From: Octopus vulgaris
Taxonomy: Eukaryota
Length of the DNA: 64,000 nucleotides
Direction: 5' to 3'
Assembly (NCBI GenBank): GCA_951406725.2
Contig: OX597825.1
Span: 64,108,001 to 64,172,000 of the forward strand
Shown: positions 25,499-39,696 of the stretch, piece by piece
Layout: each line of letters starts with the position of its first letter
How positions within the stretch are numbered: position 1 is the stretch's first letter
The notes under the pieces: generated by a model
Told to the model about the DNA's origin: nothing
Database searches by the model: none
Seen by the model: only the letters and a program-made list of their open reading frames with translations
Program-made: the position numbers and the translations under genes

Positions 25499-27628
25499 TT
25501 TTAGGGATATAACCGTGTTACTCGAAGAGTTATTTTATTCTAAGCTGTATGGTTTGATTTGAATTATCTCTCGCCACTGCTTCAAAACTGTCAAGCAACG
25601 TCAGTCGATTCAAAACTTAATATTTTTCACTGATACAACACAAATACACACACAGATGCGTGCACATACAAGCATATTTATATGCACACATAGATATATT
25701 TATACGCTGCTTTGTACAGCAGTCGCACTAACATAGACACATACACACTTGTGAATATGTGTATGTGTGTGTGTGTGTTTACGCATGTAAATATGTATAT
25801 AATTAGTTAGCATGAAAATAATTGTCTAATTAAGATCGCTACCAACTAATTCAACTTGTCTTCTGACAAAGAATATGCTATTCATCTGTTCAATCTTCCG
25901 AGGTATTAATTTTTTATTTCTGGAAATTGTTATTGAAACAGAGTCGCTAATATTTTCCATTAAGTTTTCATGTCGATTCCACAAACACCAGGAAAATTTT
26001 CATAGCAATAACCATTTTTGGAAAGTTACTGTCTACCCCCATTATCTTACTGATACACGAGCTATTTTTCCTTAACTGAATTTCTGAAAGACAGAACGTT
26101 TCATTTCCTTTTTTATGGAAAACTGTTACCCATATTTTTACACTACTTCGTCCGCGAGTACATCTTCGGATTAAAAATGATCAAGGTGGTTTGGGTTTCA
26201 ATTGCACCGTATGTTATTTTGTTCAAAATTTTTTTACCTAAAGTCCCAGATCTGATAAAACATTTGCGATTTACTTCAGATGATGAATATTCTACTGATC
26301 TATACAATACCCGTCCTTTGATCTTGATTTAATCCATCATACGGTTCAACTACTCTGCGTAAAGGGCCGTGGGTTTCTGTTGTGAAATCCACCCAATTAC
26401 TAATTTGTGTCACATCTCAAAGTAATATTTCTCTGGCTCTTACTGGGATGAATATTTGATTGATCTATCTCTTTAGGCTTCATGAATCTCAATTAGAAAT
26501 TACAATATATCTGATTAATCTCATCTCACAATAACTGATTCGATATGCTAGATACTTTTGTTAATCTGGATAAATCCAAATCTGAAATTCTTCCATGTTA
26601 GGTAATATATGGATTTCCAATTAAGCTTACTAGTGAATGGCAATGACAATTGCAATATGAGTCCATGTTTCTGCTTGCTGTGTCTTAATGTAATAACAAG
26701 CAATCTTAAGTTATTATCTGTCATTTTGAAAGCTCCTTGCTTATGCCTTGATTAGCTCCAAACTGAATATATCGAAGCCTTTGTTGGTATCAGATGCTTT
26801 ACATCAATAAATTACAGATTCAGATTGTAACATTCTGTCTTTAAGTCAAAATGCTCAGTTATGCAAGCGCAAATGAATTGCTATACAGAACGTCATCTTC
26901 TGGTTATCGATAATAAAGAACTATTCAAAAATTTGTTAATGATTTATAAATGTCGGTATTACATTATATTGGTGATAATTTCACGGATGCTTCATATTTT
27001 ATACTTGACCAAGCATCACATACGCTATAAAGCCATTTCACAACTACAGCTGTATTGCCAAAGATTTATATTCCTTCAGCCAAACATATCCGAAATATAT
27101 TAATATAACTTCCTAGTTATCTAACTTGCTTATTTAAGCTGAAGTATTCAAGACGCATCATGTGAACCTGTCATTATGCCCTTTCTGTATTGCAACAGTG
27201 TGCCAAGTGCCATTATCATTAATACAAGAACTATAATTCATTTAGTTATGTATCAATATCTCTCTCTCTATATATATATATATCTTCCTGCCTGCCTACC
27301 TGTTGATCTCTTTATTTCAATTTACCTATCTCTTAGTTACTAAAAACTTGCGCATACACTCATGCACACATATACATACACATATACGCAGGCAATCATA
27401 GCATACACACAGACACACACACACACAATCATATATGTAGTTGTATATACATACACATTCCAAACATACGTATTTACAGATAGTAAAAAATAAATTGAAT
27501 TTGATGATCAATTCTTTCCATCATACACGCGTCTTACCCTCAACTGCTTGTTACCACAACTTAAATCTAACATCTACCTAAACTCTGTTTCTATAATTCA
27601 CCAGATAATTTACTCTCACCACAAAGGT

Positions 27629-27998
27629 GGAAGCACTCCGTCGGTTACGACGACGAGGGTTGCGGTTGATCCGATCAACGGAACAGCCTGCTCGTGAAAT
27701 TAACGTGTAAGTAGCTGAGCACTCCACAGACACGTGTACCCTTAACGTAGTTCTCGGGGATATTCAGCGTGACACAGAGAGTGACAAGGCCGGCCCTTTG
27801 AAATACAGGTACAACAGAAACAGGAAGTAAGAGTGAGAGAAAGTTGTGGTGAAAGAGTACAGCCGGGATCACCACCATCCCTGCCGAAGCCTCGTGGAGC
27901 TTTAGGTGTTTTCGCTCAATAAACGCTCACAACGCCCGGTCTGGGAATCGAAACCGCGAGTCCGCTGCCCTAACCACTGGGCCATTGCGCCTCCATGA
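27629..27998 (-). mobile_element. full-length SINE family C with 11-bp TSD
   Basis: TSD accacaaaggt at 27618-27628 and 27999-28009. Reverse complement of 3853-4232. Confidence 0.92.
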
Positions 27999-28409
27999 AC
28001 CACAAAGGTATCAATTGGCTATATCTCGATTTGCCATAGCCACATTCCTTAATTCCATAGCCATGATCTAAAATCTTAAATTATTTCTTACGTTTAAAAT
28101 ATCACGTTTACACACACACACACAAACACACATGCACACACACATTATAGATGCTATTTCAGCTGGCGCTTACATTGCATACTGATATCTGATATCTATG
28201 TGTGACATTATAAATGCATAAAGTTTTAAAACAAACACTTTCTGTACAATTGCCCATGGAAACAGACGCGCATATATATGGATATGAAATCTACCCTATA
28301 AATAATTACGCGACTCTGTCACAACTCGTACCACAACCTGCCACAAATCCCGTACCGCATAAGACTGAGTTCATATTGTATTGTTGTATTAAATAAATAA
28401 ATAATAACT

Positions 28410-28603
28410 GAAGCCGAAGCTCACTGGGCGAAATACTTAACGTATTTTCTATCTTTGCCTTCTAAGTTCAAATTCCACCGTGTCGACTTTGCCTTTCATC
28501 TTTTCGGAGTTGATAAATTAATTACTAATTGCATACTGAAGTCGATCTAATCGACTGGCACCCTCTCCAAAATTTTCAGGTCTTGTGCCTAGAGTAGAAA
28601 AGA
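28410..28603 (+). mobile_element. diverged family A SINE
   Basis: agttcaaattccaccgtgtcgactttgcctttcatcttttcggagttgataaatta...cttgtgcctagagtagaaaaga. Confidence 0.8.
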
Positions 28604-30269
28604 TTTAAGAAGTGAACATTCTTTTATAACACTTCTTTGCATGATGTATGATTGTTTTCCCCGTCTTGTCAATTATAATTTCGCGAGTAATTCCGGTCTC
28701 CGGTTTTTCGAAATTAATGGCAGTTAATACCTCCAACAATGCGGTAGATGATCTTGGTGCTATTATTAAGATAATCGAAGCCCTGGAATACACCAGTTAC
28801 AAATACATGACACAATAATGGAGTAAATATATGGAACAAATCCATGAAGCCAAATCAAATGTATTGAACCCACATTGGTATGTGAAAAGCTACCCGAAAA
28901 GATAAGGACAAACAGAGATGTTATTCTCCTATGACACACGTTACAGCGACGGGCAAACTTTTCGCCTGGACTGCATAGAACTGTTAAGAATATGCATATA
29001 ATCGTTTCAGGCCTTGCAATATACAGTACAAATAAGAATATTTTTCCGATTGGCAAATATAAGCAACGAGCAAGAACATTTATTGAAAATCATAAGCAGA
29101 GCCAGCGGCTTGTCTAGGATCAAAGTTCTGGCTACTTCTAACTGATGTGAACCATGGTGATCCAAAATACCTTGCGACTATATGAGCCTGGCGCACATCG
29201 GGGGGAAATATTAGACTATGAAGGACTCAGCGGTTACCAGCATGATTTGCGCCTGAAGCTGCCACGACGTGTTATAAAAAAATATGCGAATAATAGTTAA
29301 ATGCACATAAAATTATATATTCCTAAAATTTCTATATTCCATTGCTGTTTAGTTTAATTATAAAACTTTGTAATTCCTAAAACTATGGTTCCCATTTACA
29401 AGCATACCTATCTTTAATAAATTTGAATATAAGCTGAGATTATCTACTTCTTTCTTTAAAATCTCATAAATCTATTTCGAGAGGATGTTTCCTCATTCCT
29501 TACAGTAATAGATTTGTATTCAATTCGGCTCGCTCAGTATTTGATTTAATTGCAATCATCTCGACATCTGTATTTGCCTGATCCATAATAATTTTTCTAT
29601 GTTTAATTACTAGGGATACAAGCTAAGTTTACAGGTCGACGTGATATTTGGCGAGTTATATTCATTAACATAGCATTGTCTCGAATATAATTATAATATA
29701 AATTTCGTAAAATATTCATAGATCCTTTACTGTCAATGGCACTTATATTTCAACTAAGCCGCAGGCAAAGTATCACTACAATCCATCATAACACATTCTT
29801 AAGCACTATAATAAAATTAAAGTTGCTACATTTACTGACATAGAAACAGGATGCTATATATATATATATATATATATATAAGAATTGTAAATTTTTTTCA
29901 GGATAAATGTAGAAATAATTTCGATTTGTTTTCAAGATGTCACGTTACAATATATTCCAAGTTCCCATCGATTTTAACGAGCTAAATTTGCCGTAAGGAA
30001 GACTAACTTCGCAACAAAATGCCCAGAATGTTTAACTCTAGTTTAACCCCCATCTGTAAATTCTTAGTCTATTTTACTCTAATTTTATTCTGTAATATTA
30101 TTCATTTTGTGGATTTTTGTTTATTTGTTCTATAGCTGCATCTCTCCCGCTTTCCTCGCGCGCGCACGCACACGCACACGCTCACACACACACACACGTA
30201 CAGACACCCACATTATCTCTCACTCTATCTCTCTCTGTATAAATGTATGAATGTATGTGCATGCGGTCA

Positions 30270-30415
30270 CATCTGAATATTTGTGTCTGTGTTTGTCCCC
30301 CTGCCATCACTTGACAACCGCTGCTGGTGTGTTTGAGTCTCCGTAACCTAGCGGTTTAGCAAAAGACACCGATGGAATAAGTAATAGGCTTACAAAAAGT
30401 AAGTCCTGGGTTCGA
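30270..30415 (+). mobile_element. family B SINE 3' fragment
   Basis: gtgtttgtcccc...cttgacaaccgctgctggtgtgttt...gaataagtaataggcttacaaaaagtaagtcctgggttcga matches 21595-21720. Confidence 0.78.
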
Positions 30416-31304
30416 AATACACCTACAGTACGATTATAATTCTTTTGAAGTTTTCATTATATTTCTTGTGAACTTTTACGACTGGTTGTCGTAGCTACAG
30501 CCAGGAAGCTTGAAGGTTTTAACAGCACAAAAACACTTTTGTAGAACTTGTCGACAGACAAGTTCTTTTTTTCTTTGTAGAACTTGTCGTGGAGTAGAAA
30601 GGTGAAAAAACTGCGTGTGTGGTATGTGTAGTTTTGAGGCTGTGAGAGAGTCTGAGCCAATGGACAGAGAGTATATATACCTGACGAAGAATATGACGGA
30701 ATATATTTGCATGGAAGTTGCTATAAGACACATAAATATGTATGCATATATATATATAAGTGTCTATGTATATGTATCTATATGCGCATACATGTCTGTG
30801 TGTGTGTGTGTGTAAGGTGTGTGAAATGAATATATGCATGCATAAAGAGATAGGGCGATGGAGTGAAAGGTAAACACGGACATAGAGAGCAAACACAAAA
30901 ATAGGGAAGGATCAATCTTAGGAAGTATTAATGTACAGTGATATTTCGGACATTTACCGAGGCTTCATTGATCATACGCTGATATATGAATAGACGTTAG
31001 CATTTGGAATTACACACGCAGTAGTCAAACCTGCATAAAAAAAACATTAATACACACAAACATAAGCACTAATATATGTACGTATATAAGCCTACATAGA
31101 CATTTTTATATATGTATATATATATACGTATATACATATAGAGAGATACAAACATACATGCATGCGCATATCCATACATAGTCATACAAATAAATATATC
31201 TTTCTCTCTATCCATATATAATATATATATATATATATTTGACTATTTTAAAATGATTTAGCTGCAAAGATGTGGTCATGCTGGAGCACTACCGTTGACT
31301 GAGC

Positions 31305-31342
<38 letters not shown>

Positions 31343-31414
31343 CACACATACATGAATAATTTGCATACCGATGCATGCACAAATAATATATATATATATA
31401 TATCAATACACATG

Positions 31415-31464
<50 letters not shown>

Positions 31465-31550
31465 CACATTCACACATAAAACACAAATATATACATATGT
31501 ATGTGAATTTATATATATATATATAAATATACATTACACATACAATACAA

Positions 31551-31582
<32 letters not shown>

Positions 31583-32041
31583 GTACATACATTCATAGAT
31601 CATACATACATACATATATGCATTCATGCATACATACATACATACATACATACATACATACATGCATACATACATGCATACTTACATACATACATTCATA
31701 CTTAGACAGGTAGACAGAGAATATTAACAAGTCTCTACTTCAGAAAGCAAGCTTGTCTGATCGTAAGTTAAAAACTCTCATCAACTGTACACTTATTGTT
31801 AATGGGAAGTGAAGCTGTTGATGGAATCTCGTATCAAAGTCTTAGTAATACTATCCTGTCAGCGATGTTGAGTGGAGTTATCACTGATGGTCATTACAAG
31901 TTCTAATCAAGCCAGTCTCACTGATGTAAGCTGAGTGCCATTATCTCAACACCAAAATTATCTTGCCACAAACGCATCACATCATACACACACATATACA
32001 TATATATACTTACATATATACACATACATATATGTATATGG

Positions 32042-32077
<36 letters not shown>

Positions 32078-32092
32078 TTATATTTAAACACA

Positions 32093-32140
<48 letters not shown>

Positions 32141-33387
32141 CAAGTGTGTGTATGAATGTATGTATGTATGTCTATATGTATGTATCTCTGCGTGTCCGTG
32201 TGTGATTGTGTGAGTGAATATAGGAGCGGATGCAGTTTGTTGCTACAGTGACTAAAAGCGATAAATTACACAGAATATCGATTGGCTAGTGTTTATGTTC
32301 ATTTTGATTTTGTTATTAAAGAAAACATTCTTTTTATTATCATTAGGAATGTTATTTTTTTATGTTATTATTACTGATATAATAATAATTATTATTTTTA
32401 TTATTACTATCATTATTAATATTATTATTAACATTAACAGCATCAGCATCATCGACATCATGTTTTCAATATATTAGTTTCATCCGTGTATCTACTACAC
32501 CAAGAAGTATCTAACCTCCATTGACATACGACAGCTTTCGGAATTTCTCGTTCGAATCTCCCGAAATATATCCTTAAATAGTATATATTATATATAAAGG
32601 ACATATATAGTAGGTCCGTAGTATAAATTCTGTTTATTTCTTATTGTTCAGTACTGCCAATATCCAAGTGGAACATGAAGCGATACACAAATTGGACTTC
32701 GATTTTTAAAACCCAGAATGGTTTACCAAAACGTAAAAGGAATTATTGTAGCCGCTACAATAATTCAATGTACCGTATAAAGTTTAAAAATTAATTTTTA
32801 TTTTATTTTGCGTATTAGATTCATTAGCAGCAAAATTGTTGTAGGCGAAAAATTACGCTTTGTATAAGAGGCGGAATCAAGTTACTGATGGAAATAATTG
32901 TATATCAAATTATTTAAATATCTAATCCAATTGCTATAATGGTAGATCAATTACACCCACTCTTGTAAATTTGATGTAATCTTGAATTAAGTTAAAGGTT
33001 TCTTGAAACGAGAACTTAGTTTTGATGATCTAAGAATGTTGTGTTAATGATGTTTACATTTGACGTAAGTTGTAATATATATTCACTTTCGACAATAATT
33101 TTTACAGCACTAAATGAATTATATGTATTTATACCAAGATATATGGAAATGTTTTTAATGATGGTAGAGAACACTTTGTAATACTTACTGCATCCTGTTC
33201 AAAAAATATTTATTGTTTTGACCCGTGAAATACTCGCTTGGAAAGAGATTGAAAAAAAAATACCGAATTGACTCAATATCCATTTGAAACTTCAAGTGAG
33301 TAAATACTCTCCCAATATGGAATATTATAATTATATAATATTTCTCTTTGTGATTAAAAAATGAACCAAAATTTGTTCAACACATTG

Positions 33388-33442
<55 letters not shown>

Positions 33443-33488
33443 TATCCACGCACCCACGCACACACACACACATATATGTATGTATATA

Positions 33489-33526
<38 letters not shown>

Positions 33527-35414
33527 CATATTTACTTACATACATACATACTAACATACATAATACACACATACATACATGTTTCTATGTATAATTTTAT
33601 TCAATATTCCTTCCCTTTCACTCAAAACACATCAGTGTAATTTTATAGGTAATGCCATTTTGCAGACGCGTCACAATTTATGTCCTCACTCAGTACCTAG
33701 TCGTCATTTCAATTGGCTATACTTACATACTCTCAGTGTAATATTTTGTGTAGACATGTGTTCTATATATTTTATACAGTATCGAATTACAAGTCAATCC
33801 ACTGCTCCTTTGATTCACATAGGTATTGTTTTAATCCTCGTATTTTATTCTTTTTGATAAGGCATTGACTTGAATTTACGAGAGAAGAAATGGGAAGTTG
33901 TGATGTGCTTAGAATTTAGAAGGGGATTACTGACCTGAATGAAAGGAAAAGGCTTCAATCGGTAATTCTGATAGCATCGTCGACTCGGCTCAACAGATTC
34001 CTTTTTAGTCAGTCCGGCTGGCGCTGCACAAATGTTAAAGTATTGTGACATGATTGATGTACATTTTGCTCAACTGATACAATAATGGCATGAAAACATC
34101 TAATCAAAGATTCAAATGTTTGAAGGTAACATAAGTATTGTTCGAGAATTTAATTATATACATTCAGTGTGTTTCCTTTCTTTGATCTTATCAGCGTAGA
34201 AAGTAAAGTGTTATTGTGTAATACCAGAACAGAGACATTTAGGTTATGTTGCAGATTGTGGAGAATCCTGAAACATCGTGGTTTACAGGGTTTCCTACAA
34301 TTCTCTGATTTCTTACAAATTTAATGCAATGCTCTTACTGACTTTTAGATCTGAGTTAATGGGGTGGATAATTTCCTCTGATTGACACGCACTCTTTCGT
34401 ATATATATATATCAGCGACATGTGTTGTTATACAAACCACTATCAGTTTGTACAGGCCTCCCCGCACATGTGTATTTGATGAGTTTCTTCTTTACGTATT
34501 AAAATTACTTTTCTTTAATATATCGGGTTTTATCATTGAGGGCGTCTGTATTTGCAAGCTTTTACGTCCTACTGTATTTATCTTTCAACATGAATCAAGT
34601 TCTGTACAAGAAAGCATCTATGCATTGAATGTACGGAATAATGGAATTGCTTGTGTAGTGAAGGAATATATATTTCTTACTTAACAATTCCTTTCGTGGA
34701 ATTTTGAAGTCTGCACTTATTTTCGCGAATCTATCATTTTAATTTCGAGAAATATAATCCAAAGCATAAATATGCCCGTTTACAAACCTTTCCTTTAAAG
34801 TTAGAGTTTGTGGTGATTGCTTTTAAATCCAAATAAAATGTTGTTATGTTCTCCTGTTATATATTTTAGTTCACTTAACATCCAAATTCTCAATTACATG
34901 ATAATTAAAATAAATTAATCAGTACGTTTGTGTGTTTTTACTAATTACATTTTGCACGGTTTTGATTTTTGTTTCAAATATTAATCCTACTTATATGTTT
35001 TAGTAGAAGAATTGTCACCCTTCTGTACATGTCAAGTTCTCCTAATTAAGAAGCGATTTTATTTGTTTTTATTCATTTTCTTATAAATATCTTTTATGAA
35101 TTTTTTATAAATATGTTTTATGAATTCCCGATGTTTAGCGACTACAAAATCCCTTTTACTTTCATGGATGTATTTAATAGATGCTTTTATTCGACCACAT
35201 GAAACCAACATAATTTTATAGTATTCATACACAAGATAGGAACCTCGCTGTAAATACTGTGAAGTCTAATCCAGTACAGATGTCTGTTAATATTCTCAAA
35301 ACCGTGTGAAGCTAAAGAAAGAAATTGCTATCACCAGCATTCGGTCGACTTTTAAGAAGCGATAATTAGTGACCTTCGAACTTTATTTTTATGCAAATTA
35401 GATGAACTCAAATA

Positions 35415-35830
35415 CCGGTTTCAAATTTCGGAATAACGCAAGCAGTTTCGGGGAAGCGGGTAATTTCAGTACATCGATCCCAGTGCTGAAATTTTTATTC
35501 GTGTTACAGACCGCGAAAGAATGAAAGGCAAAGTCGACCTCAGCGGAATTTGAGCGCAGAACATAGCGACGGACAATATGACGCTAAGCATCTTGCCCGG
35601 CGTGCTAAAGATTCTGCTGACTTGAATTCTTACATTAGCAATATTTTAAGGCAGCGAGCTAGCAGAATTGCTAGCACGCCGCTGTGAGTTCAAATTCCGT
35701 GTAGGTCGGTTGCGCTGTTCATCCTTCTAGGTGTATAAAATAAGTACCAATCGAATACTGGAGTCGATCTAATCGCCTTATGCCCTCCTTTAAAATTGCT
35801 GGTCTCACGCTAAAATTTGAAACTAATATT
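35415..35830. mobile_element. adjacent inverted pair of diverged family A SINEs (minus 35415-35620, plus 35648-35830)
   Basis: gaatgaaaggcaaagtcgacctcagcggaatttga (minus) followed by aaggcagcgagctagcagaa...gagttcaaattccg (plus). Confidence 0.75.
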
Positions 35831-36181
35831 AGCAAAATTTACTGCCAATGCTTTCCTGATTTGCAAATGCTTGACTTTTTGCAGCTTATTCATAAGTCAT
35901 ATTAGAAAAATATCTTGTAGACTTTCGCCATCATACTTAAGTTGGTTGCCCCAGTAACTCTAATACAATTTTCCTTTTCAATCGACCGCCCTTTGACAGC
36001 CCATTGTAACGAGAAAGTACACGTACTGCCTGAATAATTATTAATTTACTGTTTCAATATTAAATCACAATGACACCCATTTTATTTCTGTTCGCATTCT
36101 TTATATTAAAATGTACCTCTACTTTAGCCAAGAATATTACTCAAAAAATGTCAGCATTATATTTAGAGAAGTGGTGCTGAA

Positions 36182-36627
36182 GTGGTGGTCAGCCACTGCA
36201 ATGTCGCAATCTGGTTGCCATTGCGTTGCCTGTGGGTCCGGAGCGGTAGTAGTCACCGCAAAGGCACGATCTGATCACCATTGCGTTGCCTGTGGCGTCG
36301 GGGTGGTGGACAGTCACCGCAATGGCAAGATCTCGTCGCTATTGCGTTGCCTGCAGCGCCGGCGTGGTTGACAGTCACCCCAATGGCGCGATCACATCGC
36401 CATTGCTTTGTCTGCGGCACTCCGGCTGGTGGACCCTCACCCCAATGGCGCGATCTGGTCGCCATTGCCTGTGGCGACGGGGTGGTGAATAGTCACCGCA
36501 ATGGCGTGATCTTGTCACCATTACATTACCTGTGGCTCAGGGGTGGTGGGCAGTCACCCCAACGGCGCTCAGAGCGCGCTCTGATCGCCATAGGGCTGAC
36601 TGTGAGCTGGTAGTGGTGGACAGTCAC
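36182..36627. repeat. GC-rich minisatellite, ~7.3 units of ~61 bp, each with internal inverted repeats
   Basis: Units start at 36182, 36243, 36303, 36364, 36426, 36482, 36543 and 36613. Consensus ~GTGGTGGACAGTCACCGCAATGGCGCGATCTGGTCGCCATTGCGTTGCCTGTGGCGTCGGG. Confidence 0.92.
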
Positions 36628-37384
36628 ATCAGATTTGAGATGAAATTCAATAATTATTCGAATAAGTGGAGAAAATGGTAGCGTTGGTGGTTTAGATAAC
36701 TTACTTATCTCTATTAAGATTCCAAAACCAAAGTTCATCTGGATAAACTTTACTCTTTATCATTTCAAGGCGATAAAATAGATAACAAGAATATCGCGGA
36801 TTCGACTCACTTGAGTATATAAACCTCCAAACCACAATTTTACGATGGATTTAGTCTATATGTGATTTAGTCTATATTGTAGTCAAAAGATTCTAATCAG
36901 GACCCGTAGCCATTTTCTGAGTTGGGGGTATATGACTGGAAAAGAGAAGCTACCAAGTTATCCTCTGTTTGGAGATGTTCTCCAAAGCTTACATCAGAGG
37001 TTACTCAGTTAAATTTAAACAGCTGCATAGCTTTGATGTTATTAATATGAAAAATTTATTCCGCATACATATCTAATTCAAACTTTTCGTTATAATGAAA
37101 ATAATTAGAGGGTTTGTTTATAACAGCAGACGTTCGTTTGATAGTGATAATAATTTATCACTGGCAGTAAAGATATCTCACCGTGTACATCAATACAAGT
37201 TCCATTGAAATATTTAGGGACAAATGCAAAGGAAATAAATGTAGTGAATTTTCACAAGTATATGAATATTTAACTCTCAGGGTCTACGTCATAATGTCTT
37301 AAAAACACCAGCCAAATTGCCTGATAAATTATTTAGATGACATATGGTTGGAAAGTCGAGGTAATAGTCGCAAAGATGAAAATA

Positions 37385-37598
37385 TTTGTTCCAAATTTTG
37401 GCACCATGCCATCAAATTCGGGCGAGGGTTTAAGTCGATTACATCGACAGCAGAGCTCAGCTGGCACTTATTTTATCGATTTCTAAATGATGTAGGGCAA
37501 AGTCGACCTCTGCGAAATTGAACCCAGAACGTAAGGACGGACTAAATGCAGCTATGCAATTTGTCCGGAGTGCTAATGACCCTGCCAGCTCGCCGCCG
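37385..37598 (-). mobile_element. diverged family A SINE
   Basis: gggcaaagtcgacctctgcgaaattgaacccagaacgtaa...ctgccagctcgccgcc. Confidence 0.8.
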
Positions 37599-38391
37599 TC
37601 ACTCAGTCATGAAAATATTAACGATAGCTTAGATATCAGAAAGAGAAACAATCTTTCTATATTTACTCTCTCTCCCTCGCTTTCTCGACCACTGTCTCTT
37701 TCTCTGTCTACTCCTCTCACCCACCCTTTCTCTTTCTTATTGTCTTCCTCTCAACTCAGGCAATTCTTAGCCTTATTGAAAGGACAAATATGTATCTCAA
37801 TGTGAACCTAAAAGAAGAAAAGTGTCCGTTTCTGACGATGTTCTTCCTGTTAATTTTTTATACTTAAGTTTGGTTAACTTTTGCGTCTATTACCTGAGCT
37901 ATTTCTAGCATTGGAAATAAGTTTATATGATTCAATTCCATGTAACGTCATTAATTTCCGTTGAACACGATGTAAGTTTTGCTAAGGTTTTATCAACAAT
38001 TTACAGCTTCCTATAAGTAATGAAATGTTATTTGTATTGGCATGTAATTAAATGATGATGTATAAAAGCTTCTGGAAAGAAAGAACGAAAAGGCAATTAT
38101 CTTTTATACAGCTTTCTCAATATGTCAATAGTTTACCTTAGTTTCTGTCAAATCTATCCCAACCTATCCGATCATAGAATGTTAACCGACTATATTTATT
38201 TATTTTTTTAAACTCTAGAGCAATTTGGTTCATATATGACGACCAAAGTTATAGACAGATTTATTCTGCATAAATATATTACGTTTTATTTTCCATATAG
38301 AAATTGCCAATACCTTAATGCTAACAACTGCTGAGATTACACCTACTTCCAAATATAACATGTAACTAAGCACATGTGGTGCAGTACTATA

Positions 38392-38647
38392 AAATATATA
38401 AATAAATTATCCCTTTTAAAGCCTAGCCAGGCTCATGGGCCCGGTTTCAATGGCGTATGTGTTCCCCAGCTGAACGGGACGCTAGCCCATCGCAACGTTA
38501 CTCATTTTTGCCAGCTGAGTGGACTGGAGCAATGTAAAATGAAGTGTTTTGCTCAAGAACACAACGAGTCGCTCGGTCCAGGATTCGAAACCACAATCTT
38601 ACGATCGTGATGCTGACAATATAACCACTAAGCCACGCGCCTCCACC
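38392..38647 (-). mobile_element. full-length CORE-type SINE family D with 12-bp TSD
   Basis: TSD tgcagtactata at 38380-38391 and 38648-38659. tRNA-like head at 38575-38645. Confidence 0.9.
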
Positions 38648-39643
38648 TGCAGTACTATACATCGTCGTTTATTCGCCTGATCTAAGAAGATACTAAATAT
38701 AAAAGGGACGAGCCCTGATGCATTTCAGTTATATAAAATAACGCAGAAACTTCTCATATGTCACTGGAAAAATTATTGAATACTTTTTTGTTGTTAATAT
38801 GAATTTTGTTTTCAATTAACTACCTTAAATATTTATACTCTTCCATACATAGAAAGGAGAAACGGCAGAATTTTTACTCGGAAACTGATCAAAGAATATT
38901 GATAATTGTATGCGTAAAGCTTCGCTTGCATTGAAAATTTGTCTTAATCAACAAATTTAACGGAGATCAAATAACGAAAAAGAATAAATAAAATTATCGC
39001 AATTACTAAGTTTAATCATGTATGAACACAATTCAAATTCACTCCCATGCTGTGTTTTTTCTTGTGTCTCTCGGTGATTTGTGTCGCTTTATCTTGGCGT
39101 GGTTTCAGTTTCAATCCCAATGAGACAGTTCACATATTTACTTGAAACTGTTAACGCCTTTGGAGAGAAATTTGGGGAAGCGAAACGGAAACTATGTTTT
39201 AAATCTATCAACTTATAAGTGGATTTTGCATTTTATATTCGCCTAAGCGAGTGGGAGTCAATAATATTACATTACCAGGCATTAAAGAGAGGATGATTGA
39301 TTAATACAAATGGACATCATTGCAACACAATACTGAAGGCGACAATTCTCTATGACATCGAAAATACTGTTTACACAGAAAGATATTGACCTGAGAGGAC
39401 TGTGTTGTGAATATCATCCTATCAAATCTGTAGGCTTCGCGAAAGTTGTTTCTTAATCTCACTCTCTCTCTCTACCCATCCCTCTCTCTACCTCTGAAGT
39501 TTTCCCTCTCCTTTTCTATCTATCTATCGAGCTAGCTAGCTCACGCACTCTCCCTCAAATTTTCCAACAGATTTCACACAATTTGCTCACCCACTTCATG
39601 TACATACCTCCAGCCCCGCTGCCTTCTAGTGCACACTCACTTC

Positions 39644-39696
<53 letters not shown>

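Noticed and set aside
28605-29056. Overlapping ORFs with hydrophobic or protein-like translation on both strands
   Set aside because: No recognisable motif, no convincing splice sites, and stops in the best plus-strand frame. Cannot be supported without a database search.
33845-34051. Weak resemblance to a CR1/L2 ORF2 C-terminus (PFIQV..HFFSR); similar weak RTE-like hint at 12290-12480
   Set aside because: Too few matching residues to distinguish from chance by eye.
36111-36738. Cys/Trp-rich ORFs with repeated HCVACG, and a superficial CRISPR-like periodicity
   Set aside because: Unit lengths are mostly not multiples of three and the motif shifts frame. The whole unit is repeated with no unique spacers, and there are no cas genes.
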